Assembly: GCA_002633005.1 (NCBI GenBank)
Contig: NMRA01000050.1
Location: forward strand, 451,353-515,352
Source: Phoronis australis
Lineage: Eukaryota > Animalia > Phoronida
Reading direction: 5' to 3'
DNA length: 64,000 nt
Shown here one piece after another: positions 54,101 to 62,400 of this stretch. The notes below the pieces were generated by a model. It saw nothing but the letters and a program-made list of their open reading frames with translations, made no database searches and was not told the origin of the DNA. Every line of letters begins with the position of its first letter. Positions within the stretch are counted from its first letter, which is position 1. The position numbers and the translations under genes are program-made.

Positions 54101-57100
54101 GTGTCAGCCCTGATGTTTCAATTTTTGTAGTTAACCACGATGGTAATGACTAACTACATTTTCATGTCATCCATACACCGACTGACCATTTTAATTTTTT
54201 ACTTATAACTTGGTCTTATTTTTTGTTCTAATTGTATCTTTGATGGTATTCTTTGTATGTCGCTATCAGTCCTTCTGTAGTGTTGTTTCATGTAAGTGTA
54301 TTATATTTTGTTGTATTGGTGTTTCTTTCAATTGGTAGTCAATCGATGTTAATTTAATCAACCAGTTAATCACAACACTACACTCAGTTGTTGGGTATGT
54401 CTCAGTAACTGTTTTGGTGCTGTTATATGGAAGTAGAAATCTCTGCCTTACACATGTCTGTTGGTTTGTTGCAGGAGTTTGAAGGTAATCAGGACCTGGA
54501 CACAGCTGTTCAGCATTTCTTCACCAAGCCATTCACAACCCGCTTTGTCAGGTTCATCCCTGTTGCATTTGAGAACGGAATCGGTGTTCGTCTTGAGTTC
54601 AAGGGATGCTTTGAGCCAAGTGAGTTTGCTAGCTAAAATCTACTTTCTTGTATAATGGGTATGTTGCTTTGTTCTGGCCTCCAGCTTGTAGTCAATTTTT
54701 TGTAAACTAAAACGCAGCCTACTTTCTGAATGCATTAACTTCCTTATTTGGACAATGAGTTGACCATTTGCATTTAAACAGGTTGTTTAGTGTAGGTAAA
54801 ATACCCTTTTTTATTTTGTTATTATTATGGTACATAGTCAATTATCCGGAGTCTAGCAATTTGTTTTTAGGAAACAATAATACAAAGACAAATAAATCTG
54901 AGGTGCATAAAGGGGGTATTAAACGAGCAGGCCATTGTGTCGTTGAGGTGACCATTTTGTGACCGTTGTGTGGCTGGAAAGGCAAGCTTTCGTTCCTGAG
55001 GTACTACGCCCTTTTCAAGACAAATTGCATCTCAGTGAGGATTAGAGTTTTCTAGTCTCTAGTTGGAACCAGCTGTAAGGAATCTAACTAACCCCGATGA
55101 GTAAATTTGTTGTGCTGCACAAATATTTGTGATAGGCTGCAATTAATTCTGTGGCACGTTTTATTTCAGTGCCAACTCCAAGCACTTCAGAGACACCAAC
55201 GCCCAAGACTCCTGAGCAAACACCAGGAACTGAAGTGACTCCAACGCCGTCAACTCTTGAACCAACCTCAAGCTCAACCGCATCTCCAAGCCCATCAACC
55301 AAACAGCCACCAGTGTCTACTGAGGTGCCACCAACACCTACAACTTCTGGGTCATCCAAGACGACGAATCTTATTCCAACAACTGGCTCTAGCAAGACAC
55401 CAACACCATCAGAGCGTGTGCCAACATCAGGGCTTACAAGTAAACCAACACCAAGTGAAGCAACCCCAACTCCTGGCACATCAGGGTCTCCAAGTATTGG
55501 ACCAACAACTGGCTCTAGCAAGACACCAACACCATCAGAGCGTGTGCCAACCTCAGGGCTTACAAGTGAACCAACACCAAGTAACCCAACCCCAACTCCT
55601 GGTACATCAGAGTCTCCAAGCATTGGACCAACAACTGGCTCTAGCAAGACACCAACACCATCGGAGCGTGTGCCATCAACAACTGCAGAAGGTACTCCTT
55701 CATCACCAACCTCTGGTTCAACTCTGTCACCGTCACCATCCACTCTCAAGCCGACATCAGGTGAAACCCCTGAACCTACTCCAACGCCAGTAGGTGAGTA
55801 TAGTATGCTACATGTGTCCTCCTAGCACCTGCTGTGTGTTTTTGTGCCCTGTGTTGCTGCCTTTACTAGAGTTAATGACCTCTGTAATGGGTACAAGATT
55901 TGTAGTGGCAAGCAAGTCTACCTTAGTTGTTCATATGTGATACAGGCTTCCATTGAACATTTTGGTTTTCCTTCTTCAAAGAACTGAGCTGCAGGCAATG
56001 TGATGTGCAGTAATATTTCATGCTAAATTAATACATGACTTTTCTGTAAACAGAATTGTGTAATTTGCCCTGAACATTGATCAGTCAAGTGTAAAATAAT
56101 TAGTCGTAACTTGTTTTCATCCGTACAACCAACTGCTAAGTATGTGCGGAACTCAAAATTTTCTATTCACAATCTGACAAAAGAATTAATTTTTAATCAT
56201 GAGAACACCTCGACAGCAAAAAGGGGAAACATATTTTACCTCTCTACCAACTTTCCTGTCTTAAGGGATTGAGGTTAGGGTGAGGGGAACAACAAGTCTT
56301 TTAAGGACAGCCTAACAGTAATAAATATATTCTCATTGTGTACGTTGAAATAGTGAGCATGGTTTGTTCTATTGAATGATCTGTATATGGAATAGTGAAT
56401 CCTGCTTATTTTTTTGCAGAACTGTGCACGGAAGACATGGGCTTGATGAACAGGTACGTCAGCGACGGGCAGATCACCGTTTCCTCCTACGTTCACGGAT
56501 TTGGTCCAAAGGCTTCACGTCTCAACTCTATGAGAACAGACGTTACTTTTGGTGGCTGGTCACCCAAGGTAAACGATGAGAACCAGTGGATTCAGGTGGA
56601 CTTTGGCACACCCCGTACTCTGACTGGTGTGACCACTCAGGGGCGACAGGGTGTACCTGCTTTTGTGTCCAAGTACAAGGTTCGCCTGTCTGTTGATGGT
56701 GAGACATGGACCACATACACAGAGACCAAAGGTGTAGAAAAGGTTGGTTTGCTCTCTTACTGAGTTCTTCAGCTTCAGAGAAATTAAGTCGTCAAAATAG
56801 GTGTTTTAGTGTTAAATGTTGGCTATGTCGCTACATTAAATTATTTAAACTTTTGACCACCCATTATTTCATGACCGCTGTATGGTGCGCAGAAAGTAAT
56901 AGTTACAAGAATTTTTTTTCTGTCTGTGATGAGGAATTATGAAATGAAAAATTGTATGTGTGAAGATTTTTCCTTCTCCCATGAGGCTGCGCTTATGCTT
57001 GTAAATAAAATCAGGCGCCGTGCCTTTGTGTGGAGAAAGTGTCCTGCGTTTGATTTATCTGTGCCTGTACTGAGTTGTTTAGATGCTTTCACTTAAGGTT

Positions 57101-59402
57101 CTTTCACACTTTATCGACTTGATGGTGTATTTAGCCAAATATTTGCAAAATTGTTGATTTTAAATCTGTTTAAAAAAATAAAAGTATATATTTTCTGAAA
57201 CTAGAAAGGCCGTAGAGTTTGATTTTTAACTTTATACCAGTCTGCTTTTACGTGGATCACGTGACTGTGTTTATGGAAAATTTTAGCAAAAAAGAATCAG
57301 ATATATCCATATCACAACAACAGTATCAATAGCATGACCAAATTGTGTTTGATATGAAATGTCAAAACCATAGTTTTCTACATTTATCATTTCGTTGTTG
57401 TTTGATGCCTTTTTTGAGTGTTTTCATAAAAATCGTGAAAATCCATTTCTTTATCCCCTCATGCAAAAATGGAACAATTCCTGAAAGGATTTTGGAGAAC
57501 AGCGTAACAAATAAAGTATGCGACTGTACTTATGAGAGGTAATGGGTATATTAAAATAAACTTGTAAACAGTTATGCAGTAGGTGGACACTCAATGGTTA
57601 GCTTTGTACTCACAGCTGGGCCGTCTGGTGGCGTGAAACTTGTTATGTGGCTGTCCGTCTTATTCCCTATTAGCGATGCTCTTCAACAAGTGCTTAATCA
57701 TATATCCAATTTAATTTCAGTTCAGTCACTTACTAGAGCTCATTCATTTCCAGATTTTCAGTGGAAACACAATGACTTCTCATGACAAAGCAGTCACCAA
57801 CTACTTCAACCGACCAATTAACGCGCAGTTTATCCGCATTGTGCCAGTGGATTGGACCAATGGCATTGCTCTGCGATTTGAGATCAAGGGTTGTTTTGAA
57901 GGTAATGTTGACTTGTTATATGATTATCATATTGCTACCCCACCTGGTGGACAAAAGCTTATTAGGGCGTTGCACTTTAGAAAGTTAAGGGTAATGATCT
58001 GTACAGATGCATTATGTACATACTTTAAGTAACTCCATAATTCTTTAATTTGTTATAGTGAGTGTAACTATCACAGTAGTATTCATCTGGCCAGAAGCCA
58101 ATTACCCTATGCAGGCCTTTAATGAGCCAATTACCCTATGCAGGCCTTTAATGAGCCAATTACCCTATGCAGGCCTTTAATGAGCCAATTACCCTATGCA
58201 GGCCTTTAATGAGCCAATTACCCTATGCAGGCCTTTAATGAGCCAATTACCCTATGCAGGCCTTTAATGAGCCCATTACCCTATGCAGGCCTTTAATGAG
58301 CCATGGGTTATGAGTTGAAAGTTATTGGTTGTGTGTATGGTATGCAGTAGCATGAGTGTTCACATTAGTGAAAGTCATGACTGCCTCCCTGACTTATTGT
58401 TCAGGGGCCCGTTTCATGACACTTTGTTGGCATAAAATCTGGCTTATTTAAATGCGAAAGCAATTGTTGATCTTATCTTTAGCGCTTGACCTGCAGGTTG
58501 CCAGCTGCGACCTCAGATTTGTTTGGGAACTTGGGCAAATCTCAAGTCGTTACGCAGTTACAACTGCGAGTTTCAAAGTCAAAACAAAAATTCCGCCTAA
58601 ATTTTTTCCAAAATTTATGCTGATTTCCAAGCGTTAAAGGACATTTTTCCTAGATTCATTACCTTTGATTCACAATTGTTCCGTTTATTTTGTGAAATCG
58701 GCGCATTTGCTACCACAACAGTCTGCACACATCAAACTCGTGCTTAAGTTACTTCAGGAAGTAAACCGACAGAAGTCGGAATTGTTGGGTACATGTCGGG
58801 CAAGATCAGTGAAATAAGCACCACCAGTCTCTGCAATCGTCTGTGTCCTATGTTCGTTTGTCAGCGGGAGGAATTAAGTTAGTTAATGAATGCACATAAT
58901 GTATATTTACGGTGCAAATTTAGAGGCGCACAAGATACTGCGAACTGGGCACGTTACGACAGTACAACGTTTTTGGTTGGACGAATTTGATGACACTGCA
59001 TCGGCAATCTTGGATTTCATTTAGCGATGTCGGATTTTAAGTATTGACGACGACCTCAGATTTCGTTTGGTCACCTGGGATTTTTGCCAAATGTGACTTG
59101 GTGTTAAGCTAAGCATGGAGCGCTGTTTTAGTAACAATGTAGATTCCTATTTATTTGTAGTTGGCAAAAGCACAGTTAGTGTGGTCAACTATGAGAGAAC
59201 TCAGTACGCAACTTCAATCTTACTATTAGTTAAAGCCATAGATTGAAAAAGGATGTTTATGAAATTTAGTCTTCGGGCCTTTACCTGAATTTCGATGTTA
59301 ATTTGATAAATTTTTGGTTTCAACATTTGATTTTAAAGTCTCTTTTCATGAAACAGGTCCTAGATTAGAGGAAGGTGGCAACGCATCTCTGTTGTTGTGT
59401 GG

Positions 59403-59437
<35 letters not shown>

Positions 59438-62400
59438 CTCTGATGTTTGTTTCTTAGAGTCAGTAAATATACTGTCACCATTGTATTGTAGGTACTACAT
59501 TATCGCCCACATCTTCTGGCACAGTGTCCCCCACTCCAGGTGGTAAGAAATTAACATATTGTAATATATTGGGCAACAATTCAGAATGCTTAGTCCATGT
59601 ACTTTTAGCCATTTGAAGTTTTAGTCTTTTTTAATTTATTTTGTGTCATGTTTATAATTGCATGATTATCAAGTGAGATGTGATAATTTTAACAGTTTTT
59701 GCCTGTTCCGGTGAGTTCTATGCCACAATTAACAAAATCTTATCTCAAGCAGTTTTGTTAAGCTATCTAAGTCACATTTGTGACTGTGGTATGCATTGTA
59801 TCAATTCTGCATAAAATGCCAACAACAAAAAACTGCATTATTTCATGTGTGAACCTTTTGAATAGCTCGGCCTATGTCCTGCCTATGAGAGAAATCTACC
59901 GGTCTTTTTTCTTTTATTATTTATAAATGGTGCAGTCATGTTTTATATGGATTAAAGTTGAGTTATCTTTTGGTAAAAATCTCGATGGATTAAGGACAGT
60001 ACCGTATTTTAGTTCCCTGTGAGGAACCAATGGGTATGGAGAAGATGATGGTAAGTGATGCTCAGATCACTGCCTCGTCGGAGCGTGACAGTTACCATGG
60101 GGTGTTGCGCAGTCGTCTGAACAGCAAGGAGGGTGACAGTGGAGCTGGTGGCTGGACCCCGAGCTCATACGACAAGAATCAATTCATTCAGGTGAGTAAT
60201 CCGTGAAGATGTGGTGAGAACCAGAGCAAACATTCACAGCTCTAGATTATATTGGGTTTTTCTTGTGGTCAATGCTAAGAATTTGTTGATTGCGTATTTC
60301 TATTAACCATTCCTCTAGAATGTCTTATTGATAACCTTTATTATGTAAGACAAATTAAGACAGAAATATGAAGAAAAATTTTGGCACACCCCGATTTACT
60401 CTCGCAGATTTTGCTACCACTTTTAAAGCTTACTGAAAAGCAGATCATCTCCAATTTGTTTTTTGTTTGTATTCCATCTTTGCCGAAAGAGCAGTTTTAC
60501 TATATTATTTCTGTCCATATATTGCAATACCCAAAAATGTTGGCCAAAAATCACCTTTCAGCTTTCTGGTGACTTATATCAATTCCGCTGCAACGTCTGT
60601 TGTAGGTTGACTTTCTGGAGCCCCAAGTGTTAACAGGTGTACAGACTCAGGGTCGTCAAGGCTTGGCTATGTACGTGTCATCATACAAGGTGTACTATTC
60701 GACAGATGGTGAACACTGGCAGGTGTACAAAGAGGATGGTGTACCCAAGGTGAGTGGGTATCATCACATTGCAGTAGAGGCAGGTATACATTGCCAGCAG
60801 ACAGTACCAAGGGTTCCCGACTCCTATTTTCATACACAACCAGGAAAATTTGAAACAAAAAAGAGTTTCTGTGCAAAGAAAGGGAAAATCCTTGATGAAA
60901 AATCTTGACAACTTTCATCATGGTAGACAACTTCCCTCATGACATTCTCAAGTTTTTTTTCAATTTCTTACTATCCATAGTGTTTTGTTGGGCTGGTTAT
61001 CAGTGGTTACACTAAATGTACTCTTTATTGACTTTCAGTTGTTTGCTGCTAACCATGATAGTGATACTGTGGTGACTAACCTCTTTATTGACTTTCAGTT
61101 GTTTGCTGCTAACCATGATAGTGATACTGTGGTGACTAACCTCTTTATTGACTTTCAGTTGTTTGCTGCTAACCATGATAGTGATACTGTGGTGACTAAC
61201 CTCTTTATTAAACCAGTGAGAGCTCGATACATTCGTGTTAGTCCTCAGACTTACGTCACTGGCATCAGCATGCGTATGGAGATTCTGGGATGTTACAAGG
61301 CCATCAGTAAGTACTGCATCATCATTGACACATGTCAGTCTAACATGTTTTTTTATGAACATCCAATTGTTATGTTCACTAATTGTAAATTGCTTTAGAC
61401 TCACGGTCGTTGTTATTATTGAATGGCCATGTTACACTATGAAGGGATGAAGAGACACTCAATGCTTTCAATTGTTCTAAAGCAATCATAGCAGCTTGTC
61501 TTAATTTAATAAGCAGCTTTTAATTTGAGATGATCGACCAGGTAAAGAAATGCTATTCGCCAAAGTTGACTATATTTTTCAATGGTGATGTGCAAATTAG
61601 AATCTGGCACAGATTGCTATCCATAATAATTATGCAATAATATATTGTTGTTAAACAACTCATATCTCATTCAGCCACGCCTGAACCAACACCGTCACCA
61701 ACTCCATCGGTTACTGTTAAACCAACACCATCGGTCACCCCAACACCAGAGGTCACTGGAACACCATCACCAACAACACCTGTGTCGGTAATAACAAATG
61801 CACCTACAACGATGACTCCTTACCCAACTACAAGTAAGATGCTTTTTGAAATTCTGCAATGGTCTTTGTACTGTCTTGTTGATTTTCATGTTAAGAAAAT
61901 CTAAATGACTAAAACGTGTGCTTGGCTTCCCAGTTTGTAGTACTGGGCAATGACTGTACTATCCGTGTACTTTTATTTGAAACTTAATTGGAGAACTTCA
62001 TCAGCAGGTCTCCTGTCAGCAAGTATAAAATGTATTACTTAACAGCTGGCTTTGAATTTTGATTTTATTTTGCTGTTTTTACTAATTTCAGCGTATCATA
62101 GGCGTATGCGATTTAATATGGAAATATATCATAAAAAGGCCTCCAAACCTACTTACTTTGAGTTGTAAGGTGGTTCGTTTTTGCAAAATCCAAATGTGCT
62201 GTTGAGTTGTGCATTTGTTTGCTATCATATGTGCATACTTGTGTCTCAATCACTCATCATAGATTTTGACATAATTTGTTTCATCCATAGCCTATGACTG
62301 TATTGAGTGGAACGAGTGGGTGAGCACTACCTACCCAACACCAGCCACCAAGGGAGACTATGAACCCTTCACGAAGGTGCTCGAACGGTCCCCACTTTGT

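Noticed and set aside
24715-55749. Long minus-strand Val/Gly-rich ORFs (e.g. 47501..48460, 36813..37595, 38372..39118)
   Set aside because: Antisense shadows of the ACA/CCA/TCA-rich PTS exons; they coincide exactly with plus-strand repeats and have no independent features
47770-55793. Gln/His/Leu-rich plus-strand ORFs in alternative frames
   Set aside because: Frame-shifted readings of the same PTS repeats; not connected by compatible splice phases
58096-58303. CRISPR-like appearance of 23-49-bp repeat arrays (also 32334, 12997, 62974)
   Set aside because: Units are directly adjacent with no unique spacers, there are no cas genes, and the context is eukaryotic introns
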